Assembly: GCA_965267345.1 (NCBI GenBank)
Contig: OZ253947.1
Location: 398,665 to 462,664 of the forward strand
Length of the DNA stretch: 64,000 nucleotides
From: Minisyncoccota bacterium
GTDB lineage: Bacteria > Patescibacteriota > Minisyncoccia > Phycocordibacterales > UBA2100
Direction of reading: 5' to 3'
In this document: one piece after another, positions 35,551-44,773 of the stretch
How the letters are laid out: the number at the start of each line of letters is the position of its first letter
Position numbering within the stretch: position 1 is the first letter of the stretch
Made by a program: the position numbers and the translations under genes
The notes under the pieces: model-generated
Database searches by the model: none
Told to the model about the DNA's origin: nothing
What the model saw: the letters and a program-made list of their open reading frames with translations, nothing else

Positions 35551-37917
35551 TTAGGATTCCTCAGAAACCGGCAGCTCATCGCGCTCAATCGGCGCTTCCT
35601 CTGCCTCTTCAAAGACACTAAAGGCTGATTCGCCCGCACGCAGTGCTTCGATAATCTGCTGCACTTCTACGTTATCAGGATTCAGTGCGCCGACACGTTC
35701 AAATGCTGCCTGCGCTCCTGCTGCATTTCCGAGTCGATCGTATGAGAGTCCGAGGAAGTACAGTGCATTTGCGTAATCTTCATTAATGCGCACTGCTTCC
35801 TCAAGTGCCTGCGCTGCGCTTTCATATTGTCCGTCGCTGTAGTAGAGCAAGCCGAGCTGGAACAGGAGTCCTGCATTGTCAGGACGCAGGAGTACTGCCG
35901 ATTCGGTCGATCGAATTGCCTCAGTGGTATTGCCTGCCTGAATTTCAATCTGCGAGAGAATAAAGAACGCGTCAGTGTAGTTTGATTTCAATGCCAGTGT
36001 GCGATCGATGTGCTCCCGTGCCAGATCAAGATTTTCTTGTTCCAGTGCAAGGCGTGCAAGGCTCACCGGAATCACCGGTGTGGTCGGGTTGCGCCGCTGA
36101 GCCTCTTCGTACGTAGTGACTGCATTTTCGTATGCGCCCTCCACACCCAACGGAACCAACTGCGCGTAAATATCAGCAAGCAATAGCCAGTGATTGTAGT
36201 TTCCCGATTCAGTATTTGCCGCAGCCTGCGCGGAGCGAATCGTTGCACTTAATTGTGTCTGAAACTCCTGACGCTGTGCAGCAACATCGTCGTCCTGTCG
36301 ATTAAGTATCTCAGAGAGCCGCGCAACGCCAACGTTTGCTTTCAGTTGCTCACTACGTGTTCCGTTACCCAACAGCGTTGCTCGATCAGCGACCGCCACC
36401 GCACGCGCGAAGTCACCTGTATTAGCGATGGCAACTGCACGATTGAGCGTCGCATTTGCGTACACGCGCTCAGCCTCAATAAGAATTGCACTGACAGACA
36501 GCACGCCGACAATTAGTACGCCAAAGGTGAGCGCGACACCATGCGCGTAACCGGCATGCGCCGTGAGTTCGCGAGTGCGTACGACACCACTGGCAGCAGC
36601 AATACCAACTGCAGCACCTGTCAGAATAAACGCACTCGCGAGCACAACGATTTGCGGCACGTAGAAAATCGCCAGTACCCACAGATACGCCGCCGCGCTG
36701 TATGACGATACGGCAATGAGCATGTGCTCACGCTGCAGTGGTCGGTGCACAAGAATTCGAAAACCGAGTACAAGAAATGCCACGAAGAATACAATGAGTG
36801 CCGCACCGACGATAATGCCGCCCGTCACAAAGAGCGTCGGAATCAGACCGATACCGAAGCCGAAATCAACGTTCCAGAATGCCGTTTCGTTGACGACGAG
36901 CGGTTTATGGATGACCCATGCGCGCGAGAATAAGTTCGGCCCAGCTCCCGCAATCCAATTGTCTTGGTAAACAGCATTTCCGACATCAATCGTTGCTTGC
37001 CACGACGGGCGTACATCAAGATACGCAATGTCAAACGTGGCAATGATGCGTTCACCGAGTGTCGTTCCCGCAACGAGAAACAACACTGCAATAAGGGCCA
37101 CAATACCGCCTGAGAGCAATCGCCGTGCGGGAAATGTATGTGCGTAGACACCACTTTCCTGAGAGTATGATGCATCTACCACTGCGTACACCATGAGCAG
37201 AAGCGTGAAGGCAAGCAGCGCACCCCATGCCGCCGCAAGATTTACGAATACCAACGCACCAAGTGCCAACACGAGTACGCTGTAAAGAAAGACGCGATAC
37301 AGTCGCGTAGTACCGACGAGCATGAGATTACTCAGTGCAAGGAGTGCTGCCAAACCGCCAAATACCGCCATGTCATTCCAACTTCCCAGCAGCGTCGCGG
37401 TCACTGTATCTGAAAATATGCTCCCGAATACCCCATCAACGCCGAACAGAATACGGGCAACGTGGAAAAGCCCGAAGAGGAAGAATGAACCCAGTATCGT
37501 CTGCTGGAGGCGTACAACTTGCAGTGGTGTACGCGCTACAAGCGCGACGGTTGCCAGTGCACTAACGCAGACAAAGAGTGCCAGTGTGGTATCACGCTCA
37601 AATCCAAACCCAATGAGTGAACGGATAACAGCATCTGAGAGAAGCGCAGCGATTAGGTGCGCGCCAACGAGACCAATGGCAGACCACAACAGTATCGTAC
37701 TGGGAAATGTGACGCGGTGTTCATTGAGCCGTGCAACTGCCCAAAGCGTGAGCGATGTCATAACGCCAAGGGTGAGTACTCCTAGCTTCGTTAACTGCAA
37801 CACCACAAGGTCTGTCGGTACAAAAACAATCGGCAATGCGAACACGGTCGCCAGTAAAATAAAAAATGCAATGCTATCAAGACGATGTGCGATTCTCATA
37901 GACACACAAAAGCGCAA
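35551..37917 (-). CDS. O-antigen ligase (Wzy_C)-like polytopic membrane protein with a C-terminal TPR-repeat domain
   Basis: More than 10 TM helices in the N-terminal 500 aa. Five or more TPR motifs in the C-terminal 250 aa. Confidence 0.5.
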   Translation of the reverse strand: MRFCVSMRIAHRLDSIAFFILLATVFALPIVFVPTDLVVLQLTKLGVLTLGVMTSLTLWAVARLNEHRVTFPSTILLWSAIGLVGAHLIAALLSDAVIRSLIGFGFERDTTLALFVCVSALATVALVARTPLQVVRLQQTILGSFFLFGLFHVARILFGVDGVFGSIFSDTVTATLLGSWNDMAVFGGLAALLALSNLMLVGTTRLYRVFLYSVLVLALGALVFVNLAAAWGALLAFTLLLMVYAVVDASYSQESGVYAHTFPARRLLSGGIVALIAVLFLVAGTTLGERIIATFDIAYLDVRPSWQATIDVGNAVYQDNWIAGAGPNLFSRAWVIHKPLVVNETAFWNVDFGFGIGLIPTLFVTGGIIVGAALIVFFVAFLVLGFRILVHRPLQREHMLIAVSSYSAAAYLWVLAIFYVPQIVVLASAFILTGAAVGIAAASGVVRTRELTAHAGYAHGVALTFGVLIVGVLSVSAILIEAERVYANATLNRAVAIANTGDFARAVAVADRATLLGNGTRSEQLKANVGVARLSEILNRQDDDVAAQRQEFQTQLSATIRSAQAAANTESGNYNHWLLLADIYAQLVPLGVEGAYENAVTTYEEAQRRNPTTPVIPVSLARLALEQENLDLAREHIDRTLALKSNYTDAFFILSQIEIQAGNTTEAIRSTESAVLLRPDNAGLLFQLGLLYYSDGQYESAAQALEEAVRINEDYANALYFLGLSYDRLGNAAGAQAAFERVGALNPDNVEVQQIIEALRAGESAFSVFEEAEEAPIERDELPVSEES

Positions 37918-37995
37918 TACGCTTTCACATTAATTGATGTAGTAATGGATACAGTATAGCAAGCTTCTCCCGCGCCACGCCATGGGTACAGTGCA

Positions 37996-38025
37996 AAAAC
38001 CCGCTGCGGTATGCAGCGGGTTTTT
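37996..38025. terminator. Stem-loop flanked by A5/T5, the terminator for rnpB
   Basis: aaaaa cccgctgc ggtat gcagcggg ttttt, directly 3' of rnpB on the minus strand. Confidence 0.7.
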
Positions 38026-38406
38026 GACCTGTGTGCCGTCCGTGTCTGTAAGCCGAATTCTGTCCTTGCTGCGCGTGCACCAGAGCGCGGCAATGTGCAA
38101 TCATTTATCTGGGACGTACGTTACCGTACGCCTCGTGCGGCACCCACTCGCGCAAAGCGCGAGAGTACGACCTTGCACGCAGGTAGGAATTTTGCCGTTT
38201 CACCCTTGCCTTGCGACAAGATTATTCCCGAAGGGAATCCGTAGCATCTCTGCTGTGGCGTCACTGTTCGCATCCCTATCCAGCCCACATGTTTGTAGGC
38301 TGGGCGACGGGCGTTACCCGCTACCCTGCTGCCCCGCACGAATGCGAGGCGCGTGTTCGGACTTTCCTCCCCCATGTTGCCATAGAGGCAATTGCCCAAC
38401 ACGGAC
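38026..38406 (-). ncRNA. rnpB: RNase P RNA (bacterial type A, M1 RNA homolog)
   Basis: Minus strand carries GGAGGAAAGTCCG (P4) at 38358-38368, GGTAACGCC, CAGTGACGCCACAGCAGAGATGC, GCAAGGGTGAAACGG, CAGATAAATGA and ACAGAATTCGGCTTACAGAC, co-linear with E. coli M1 RNA. A P1 helix joins 38399-38406 to 38038-38045. Length is about 375 nt. The ends are approximate: the 3' end may lie near 38030. Confidence 0.88.
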
Positions 38407-38412
38407 CCGCGT

Positions 38413-38440
38413 ATTATACAATGCAATACGTTTTTGTAAA
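38413..38440 (-). promoter_or_regulatory. Sigma-70-type promoter for rnpB: TTTACA-16 nt-TATAAT
   Basis: -35 at 38435-38440 and -10 at 38413-38418 on the minus strand. The predicted TSS at about 38406 coincides with the 5' strand of P1. Confidence 0.6.
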
Positions 38441-38527
38441 TAACCCCCATGCTGCACGCAAAAACCCGAGAGTCACACCCTCGAGTTTTTGTACGCACTA
38501 CTTAGAACTCTACGCTGTGAGTGAAGT

Positions 38528-40909
38528 CTATATTTCTATTTCGCAGACTCCCCCTGCACACGCGAGTTCGCGCTTCACATCAGTTTCGTCGCGCTGCTCA
38601 TACGTGAGTAATTTCGCGTAGTCGATGTTTTGCACGGTTTTGAGCATACGCTCATACGCCGCCTTATCAATTGGCTCGTACGGCGCCAGTCGGTATACGT
38701 GGTCGAATCGCGGCAAGAATGAAAGACCACCGACGATATCCCAGTTTTCATACACCCAGTTGGCAACTTGAATCCACTCATCGTTACCGACGGATACCGT
38801 CACCGATGGGTTGTGCTCAGTGTAGTTGAGCTTCACGTCTTTCCAGTGCTCGAGCTGATCGAGTGCGGTGAGGTCGTCTTTGAGGATCGCCCCGTCCGGT
38901 GCCTTAACGGGGAATTCGAGTACAAACGTGTTGGCATTTTCCATCGTCTGCCCTACTTCCGGATGATACGGCACACCTTGATCGCGTACGAGTTTAAAGA
39001 GCGAGTCAGTTGCCGAGATGCGGATGCGACGAATGTAGTACTGCGAGTGACGCGGGTGCATACCTGATGCACAATCGAATGTCTGTGAGACAGTACCTGA
39101 TGGCTTAACACAGGTTGTTGCACTCGACTGCTGAATACCAAGGCGTTTCGCGTACTTTTTATTTGTCTTATTTACTTCCTCTTTCAACTTTTTCAACACG
39201 CTTGGCTTGCGCACCATGTCGGAATCCCACTGCCCCGTCAGCGAGACACCAAGGAGTCGCTCGCTTTCGCAGTTCTTCTTCCACTCATCTGAGAGGTAAT
39301 TGAAGTTCGTCAGCGATGATTGGTACGTACCAAGAATGGTGGCAATGCGTGCTTTGCGCAGCAGTGTTTTTTCGCTATCGCCTCGGCGCGCGATAACTTC
39401 TGAGAGGTTACAGAATTGCTTCGACTGTAGAATGATTTCGCCACACGGATTAGTACCGAGGTTACCGATCTCACCTGCCCATTCAATATCCTTATACTTT
39501 TTCTTGAGGAGGTTAACACGACGCTCAGGAAGCGTATCGATGAGGTTGCCACGATTGAAGATGCCGCGCTCACCGGTTCCACTCTTCATCAGTGCGACCC
39601 ACTCATCCATGAAGGCCTCAGTGTCGGGACGCTCTTCATACACTGCTGAGTTATTTGAGATTGAGCGGTGCGGGTCAGTCATGTAGAACTGGCCTTTCTT
39701 CGCGTCACGCATTGCGTCGTCATCCAAATCAGACAGACTAATCATCGCGCTACGGCGCACGCCGCCGGCAACCACACACTCTCCAATTTTACAGATGATA
39801 TCGTGTGCATCGATATTACGCAGACGACGCCCTTGTCGGTCAAGAATACGCTCACGCGCAAATTGCATGAGGCTTCGGAGTGGCTCAGGACCCGAGCTTT
39901 TACCGCCCATTGTTTTGAGTCGCGCACCGGCCGGTCGAATCTTTGAGTAGTCGAAGTGGATGTCTTTGCCGTTGTACCACGTCTTCAAACCAAGTGTCAG
40001 TGCATCACACCACCCTTCCTTCGAGTCGCCGACAACGTGCGTTTTTACCGTCTCGCCCGTTTGCTTTTTAATTTGCGGTAACTGCTGAATGTTCTGACTC
40101 TCCACGGCAAATCCCACACCTGTACCACACATGGACAAGTACATAATTTCTGCAAAGTCCTCAATTTGTGTTGGCGCAATGAATGAACAGTTGTACGCCG
40201 CAACGTTACAACGACGCGCTGCGTGGCCGGCAAACTGCATCAAACGCATTGACGGCATCACTTCCTGTTTGAGAATTGCTTCACGCACCTCGGCGTACTC
40301 CTTGTCAGTGAGCTTTTTTCCGAGATTCTCGCGCATGAAATTGATGTAGCGATCTACCGTTTCAATCCATGTCTCGCGCCTATTTTCTTCCGGAATCCAT
40401 CGTGCATACGTGCGCAAATACACAAATTCACCAAGCGGGTTCTCTTTGAAGTACTTCTTACTCTCCTCGGTGAGCTTGCGTACGTGCTCAGGCACCTGCA
40501 CACCGTCGTCGAGCCGTCGTTTTGCGCGCTCGGCGCGGTAGAGGATGTACGCTTTTGCGGTGTCAACGTAGTCAGAGAGAATCAGTTGACGCTCCACTTC
40601 GTCTTGTGTCCCCTCAACCGTGGGAAGAAAGTCTTTGTGCTTGCGCGCAGTGCGCACCAAATCGCTCACGACGCGGTGTGCCACCATCGTCGCCTCTTCA
40701 GAAGAGCCCTCCCCCGTTACCGCCATCGCTTTGGTGATGGCCCGCTCAATTTTTTCAAAGTCGAACGGTACAATACGCCCATCGCGCTTGCGTACTTTCG
40801 GAACAAATTTGTTGTATCGCCCCTGCTGCGTTGCGGTTAATGATGAGCCTGAGCTCTTTTTAGAGCGAGTCGTCTTTTCGCTCTTCATGGATGAAGATTT
40901 CTTAGTCAT
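38528..40909 (-). CDS. nrdJ: Adenosylcobalamin-dependent (class II) ribonucleotide reductase
   Basis: 793 aa. Carries RNR class II features, including the active-site region NLSEVIARRGDS..CGEIIL...NPCGEI and a C-terminal thiol pair. N-terminal ATP-cone-like region. Confidence 0.82.
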   Translation of the reverse strand: MTKKSSSMKSEKTTRSKKSSGSSLTATQQGRYNKFVPKVRKRDGRIVPFDFEKIERAITKAMAVTGEGSSEEATMVAHRVVSDLVRTARKHKDFLPTVEGTQDEVERQLILSDYVDTAKAYILYRAERAKRRLDDGVQVPEHVRKLTEESKKYFKENPLGEFVYLRTYARWIPEENRRETWIETVDRYINFMRENLGKKLTDKEYAEVREAILKQEVMPSMRLMQFAGHAARRCNVAAYNCSFIAPTQIEDFAEIMYLSMCGTGVGFAVESQNIQQLPQIKKQTGETVKTHVVGDSKEGWCDALTLGLKTWYNGKDIHFDYSKIRPAGARLKTMGGKSSGPEPLRSLMQFARERILDRQGRRLRNIDAHDIICKIGECVVAGGVRRSAMISLSDLDDDAMRDAKKGQFYMTDPHRSISNNSAVYEERPDTEAFMDEWVALMKSGTGERGIFNRGNLIDTLPERRVNLLKKKYKDIEWAGEIGNLGTNPCGEIILQSKQFCNLSEVIARRGDSEKTLLRKARIATILGTYQSSLTNFNYLSDEWKKNCESERLLGVSLTGQWDSDMVRKPSVLKKLKEEVNKTNKKYAKRLGIQQSSATTCVKPSGTVSQTFDCASGMHPRHSQYYIRRIRISATDSLFKLVRDQGVPYHPEVGQTMENANTFVLEFPVKAPDGAILKDDLTALDQLEHWKDVKLNYTEHNPSVTVSVGNDEWIQVANWVYENWDIVGGLSFLPRFDHVYRLAPYEPIDKAAYERMLKTVQNIDYAKLLTYEQRDETDVKRELACAGGVCEIEI

Positions 40910-41045
40910 GCGCGCACATTATGTTAGTTGCTAAGCGTCGTTCAAGTAACCTTTTTCATTCTACAACTTTGCACGCCGACCCGAGCATCTCTTTCTGTGG
41001 AAAACAGACGAAAATGCGCAATAAGCTACATCCAAGCGCGTGTGT

Positions 41046-41543
41046 CTAGAGTCCGAGGCGGTCGAGACCCTCGACACGATCACCGATATCGATGTTGTAC
41101 ACCTCCGAAAAGCCCCCCACGACCTCCAAAATGTAGGTCGCGTCAGCGTCGGGCTCGAACACATCCGGATATGACTCAGGTTGTGCATTCTTCCATGCAT
41201 CAACAATCACACCCTGCTCGTTGAGCCAGTACACATCAAGTGGGAAGCGCATACCGCGCATCCAAATGGCGTAGCGTCCCGCCGCTTCAAAGACAAACAA
41301 TAGTCCCTGATCCGGCGGTAGTGTCGCCCGACCGGACAGACCTTGGACACGCTCTGCCTCACTGTCGGCAATTTCAACTCGGAGCGGTGTGCCATCGATC
41401 GTGATGGTATGCAGTCCCGTGAGTCCCGACACACCGCCGTTAGTAGTACTATCGCCGCCGAGGAACCCCAGAGAAAAGAGCCCGACGAGCCCTGCAATCA
41501 GGATAACGACACTAATGAGTATTGGCTTGTCAGCGTCGTACAT
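41046..41543 (-). CDS. DUF192-domain protein (COG1430), membrane-anchored
   Basis: N-terminal TM, then LRVEIADSEAERVQGLSGR...GLLFVF...AIWMRGMRFPLDVYWL, typical of DUF192. Confidence 0.6.
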   Translation of the reverse strand: MYDADKPILISVVILIAGLVGLFSLGFLGGDSTTNGGVSGLTGLHTITIDGTPLRVEIADSEAERVQGLSGRATLPPDQGLLFVFEAAGRYAIWMRGMRFPLDVYWLNEQGVIVDAWKNAQPESYPDVFEPDADATYILEVVGGFSEVYNIDIGDRVEGLDRLGL

Positions 41544-41590
41544 GCGCTCTTAGTATAGCAAAAGTGTCACTCGTCGTGCACAATACGCAC

Positions 41591-42301
41591 ATGGATACCA
41601 TTACCTACCCCGTACGCATTAATCGCTACCTATATCAAAAGAAGATTTGCTCGCGACGCGAAGCTGACCGCCTCATCGAGGCCGGAAAGGTATTCGTGAA
41701 CGGCACACCGGCAGTACTCGGTCAGCAGGTGCACGAGGGCGACACCGTCACCGTGTCTGGCGATGTTACATCGCGACGCTACCGCTACGTGCTGTATCAC
41801 AAACCGCGCGGCATCGTGAGCCATAACCCGCAGCGCGACGAAAAAAGTATTCATGACGTGGTACAGCTCAATGCGCGCATGGTACCCATTGGTCGCCTCG
41901 ACAAGGAGTCACGCGGATTAATGCTCCTCTCTGATGACGGCCGTATCGTACACACACTTTTGAGTCCCGAATATGAACACGAGCGCACGTATGACGTCAC
42001 TGTCGACAAATACGTCAAAGAGCAGGCGCTCAAACGCCTCGCCCGCGGCGTATCTATCGAAGGGTACGTGACCAAGCCGGCACAGGTCACACGCATTGAT
42101 GATACGCGATTTCGCCTGACACTCACCGAAGGAAAAAAGCATCAAGTTCGCCGTATGTGTGCAGCCCTTGGCTACACGGTGACCGACTTGCAGCGCGTCA
42201 GCATACTCCATCTGCCACTTGATGTACCTGAGGGAGCACTTCGTGACCTCACACCTGCCGAGGAGGCGGCATTGCTCCGCGCAGCCGGTATTACGACGTA
42301 G
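41591..42301 (+). CDS. Pseudouridine synthase, RsuA/RluB family (S4 domain plus catalytic domain)
   Basis: S4-like N-terminus (RINRYLYQKKICSRREADRLIEAGKVFVNG). Catalytic Asp motif GRLDKESRGLMLLSDDG. I chose the start at MDTITYPV; the ORF begins at 41522. Confidence 0.8.
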   Translation: MDTITYPVRINRYLYQKKICSRREADRLIEAGKVFVNGTPAVLGQQVHEGDTVTVSGDVTSRRYRYVLYHKPRGIVSHNPQRDEKSIHDVVQLNARMVPIGRLDKESRGLMLLSDDGRIVHTLLSPEYEHERTYDVTVDKYVKEQALKRLARGVSIEGYVTKPAQVTRIDDTRFRLTLTEGKKHQVRRMCAALGYTVTDLQRVSILHLPLDVPEGALRDLTPAEEAALLRAAGITT

Positions 42302-42303
42302 CG

Positions 42304-42912
42304 TTACTCGAACGCACTCTGCGGCATAAGCGCGTAGTACCAGAGCGCCACGGCTTCGCGAAATACAAAAAACAGCTCGCGTGAGTACCGCCCCTGCCGA
42401 TACTCGCTTCCCTGCAGCTCATAGTCCCGCACGTCGTAACGCTGCGCGAGCATATGAATGCGCGCTAAGTGAAAGTCATTTGATACGAGCACGTAGGAAC
42501 GGTCGGGAGTGAGATGAGCAAGTGTCTGCTGCGTATTCACACCATGGTAATCAGCTTCGATATCTTCGTCAGCAACGCCGCGCTCTCGTGCGACATCGTA
42601 CATCACGTCCACTTCGTGCCGTCCGTACACTGACGGCGCTCCTGAAAAAATGAGGCACGACACGGCACCCTCTTCGTATATATCAACCGCTTCATGGACA
42701 CGGTCAGAGAGTGCGTGCGAAGCAACACCACCGGGCCAGACTGCAGCGCCAAATACAACGGCACACGTATGTGCGCCAGATGCCTGTGCGTCGTAAAACG
42801 AGACGATATACAAAATGGTGCCGCCGATAGTAAATACACACAGGCTAATGACACCGATGAGGTATGTTCCGATTTTTTTCACGCGAGTGTTCAGTGTAGC
42901 ACTCTCACGCAC
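42304..42912 (-). CDS. DUF218/YdcF-like (SanA/ElyC family) membrane-anchored protein
   Basis: N-terminal TM. AVVFGAAVWPGGVASHALSDRVHEAV...LIFSG matches the DUF218 core. Confidence 0.55.
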   Translation of the reverse strand: MRESATLNTRVKKIGTYLIGVISLCVFTIGGTILYIVSFYDAQASGAHTCAVVFGAAVWPGGVASHALSDRVHEAVDIYEEGAVSCLIFSGAPSVYGRHEVDVMYDVARERGVADEDIEADYHGVNTQQTLAHLTPDRSYVLVSNDFHLARIHMLAQRYDVRDYELQGSEYRQGRYSRELFFVFREAVALWYYALMPQSAFE

Positions 42913-43499
42913 TACCGACGAGAGGTGTCGTCAGCGGCACGCTCGGCAACACGCGCAAGCATGCGATTCCGCGACACGTCGTCCCGTCGTTTAAACATCT
43001 CCGAGAAAATATCAAATGAGAGCAAATCAATGCCACAAAATCCGAGTACACCGTGTTTCCAGCGCTGCGCTGCGGCAAAACGGAAGAGAAAATAGACCCA
43101 CCACGCCCCGTCGGCTGTCGCAAAGATGCGTGCGACACGACCTTCAAGCAATTCGTGGCGCAATCCGCCCTTTTCGTACTTGTACGCAAATCCTGACGAA
43201 AAGTTTTGATCGAGAAAGTTTTTTAAAATTGCGGGCGGTCCGAACCACCAAATAGGAAAGACAAACACAACTTCCTGTGCCCATAATATTTTTTCCTGAA
43301 TCAGTTTGTGTGTCGCATTTGGCTCGCAGTCAGTCTTTATGTTTTCGAAAGCAAGAAATGGTTGTGCGTACTTCTTTTTGTACAAGTCCATTATGAAGAC
43401 CGTATCCCCGCACTTCTCTTTCTCCTGCTTATAGCGATTCGCAATTTTGTGCGTAAAGCCATATGAAGCGGGGTGAGCCGTCACAATGAGCACGTTCAT
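42912..43499 (-). CDS. Flavodoxin-like fold NAD(P)H-dependent oxidoreductase (NQO/MdaB/KefF-like)
   Basis: MNVLIVTAHPASYGFTHKIANRY...VVFVFPIWWFGPPAILKNFLD, the Flavodoxin_2 signature. Confidence 0.65.
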   Translation of the reverse strand: MNVLIVTAHPASYGFTHKIANRYKQEKEKCGDTVFIMDLYKKKYAQPFLAFENIKTDCEPNATHKLIQEKILWAQEVVFVFPIWWFGPPAILKNFLDQNFSSGFAYKYEKGGLRHELLEGRVARIFATADGAWWVYFLFRFAAAQRWKHGVLGFCGIDLLSFDIFSEMFKRRDDVSRNRMLARVAERAADDTSRR

Positions 43500-43553
43500 G
43501 CATGTATTGTACGGCGGATCGCACCGTCATGCGAAACGCGTATGTGGACGAAG

Positions 43554-44738
43554 CTAAAAACGTTCCAGCTCGATGCGTGCAAACATGTCACGTGTGAGTG
43601 CATTGCTGTCGTATGCACGCTCCGCGGCGTGCACATCAGCAAGATACGCACTGGTAGCCGGCTTGCGTGGCATAAAAAGTGTGCAGGTATCATCATGCCG
43701 CTGGAGTGAAATATCATGCGTTCCAATGTGCTTCGCGCGCGCAATGATTTCATTTTTATGCATACCTGCGAGCGGACGCAGTACCGGAAGTGAGGTTGCG
43801 TCTTCAATAGCGCCAATATTTTCAAGTGTTTGCGATGCGACCTGCCCCACCGACTCACCCGTTATGAGTGCGGCGGCACCGTGTGCCTGTGCCCACTTTT
43901 CCGCCACACGCATCATGGCTCGTCGGTACAGAATCACCCGCAGTTTTTCCGGTGCTGCAAAGGCAATAGCTTTTTGCGCTTCAAGAAACGGCACCATGGC
44001 AAGCGTCAGCGGACCGCACGACGTGCGCAACACATTCGCTATGCTGCGCACCTTCTCGCGCGCCGCATCGGAAGTCTGTGGGTATGCGTGAAAATGCATA
44101 AGCATCGGTGTGACGCCACGTGTCGCACACATCCACGCCGCCACCGGCGAATCGAATCCTCCCGACAGAAGTGCGACACCCGCACCAACTGACCCGACCG
44201 GCAGCCCCGATACACCGCGGTGTTTTGCGTAGAGATGCACCTCGTTATGAAAAACGTCAACGCACAGGGTGAGGTCTGAGTTGGTGAGCTGCACGCGTGC
44301 ACTGTCGCCTAGACTCAGACGCACTGCCTCCCCAAGGGCTACTTCAATATCGTGTGATGTATGCGGAAATGCTTTATCGAGCCGGCGGGCCGTAACGCGA
44401 AATGTCGTAAATGTGCCCGCAAGCTCCTGTGCATATGCCGCTGCCTGCTCCTCCATCTGCTCAAGTGTCGGCTGCACGCGATAGCCAATGCCATACACGG
44501 CGACACCCGGCGTGTGTGCAAGCACATCAGCAACTGCCGTCCGCATATCGTCCGGCCACGGAGTGGGCGCATCGTGGGGCCGAATCGTAATACGTCCCCA
44601 GCGATTCTCGACGGTCATCGGATACCCACGGAATGAGAGGTTTTCCGCAATGGCGCGTGCCAGTGCGCGCTCAAACCGGTCACGATTCGCGCCCTTCAGT
44701 GCAATGTCGTCGTAGTGTACGATGCCAATCATTTCCAT
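43554..44738 (-). CDS. thiI: tRNA 4-thiouridine synthase ThiI
   Basis: THUMP-like N-terminus. PP-loop ALLSGGFDSPVAAW. 394 aa. Confidence 0.8.
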   Translation of the reverse strand: MEMIGIVHYDDIALKGANRDRFERALARAIAENLSFRGYPMTVENRWGRITIRPHDAPTPWPDDMRTAVADVLAHTPGVAVYGIGYRVQPTLEQMEEQAAAYAQELAGTFTTFRVTARRLDKAFPHTSHDIEVALGEAVRLSLGDSARVQLTNSDLTLCVDVFHNEVHLYAKHRGVSGLPVGSVGAGVALLSGGFDSPVAAWMCATRGVTPMLMHFHAYPQTSDAAREKVRSIANVLRTSCGPLTLAMVPFLEAQKAIAFAAPEKLRVILYRRAMMRVAEKWAQAHGAAALITGESVGQVASQTLENIGAIEDATSLPVLRPLAGMHKNEIIARAKHIGTHDISLQRHDDTCTLFMPRKPATSAYLADVHAAERAYDSNALTRDMFARIELERF

Positions 44739-44773
44739 GGCGGTACTCTAGCACACTATGGTATTATCCGGCG

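Noticed and set aside
37982-38621. Three overlapping ORFs (37982-38443 +, 38121-38498 -, 38211-38621 +) in the 600-bp gap upstream of nrdJ. I also considered an adenosylcobalamin riboswitch in the class II RNR leader.
   Set aside because: The region encodes RNase P RNA (P4 GGAGGAAAGTCCG and other M1-RNA blocks on the minus strand). I found no B12-box-like sequence, and the ORFs lack SDs and are compositionally RNA-like.
40910-40960. NrdR box upstream of nrdJ (acattatgttagt)
   Set aside because: Only weak resemblance to the 16-bp NrdR palindrome and poor dyad symmetry. The CATAAT -10 located 8 nt from the ATG explains the conservation better.
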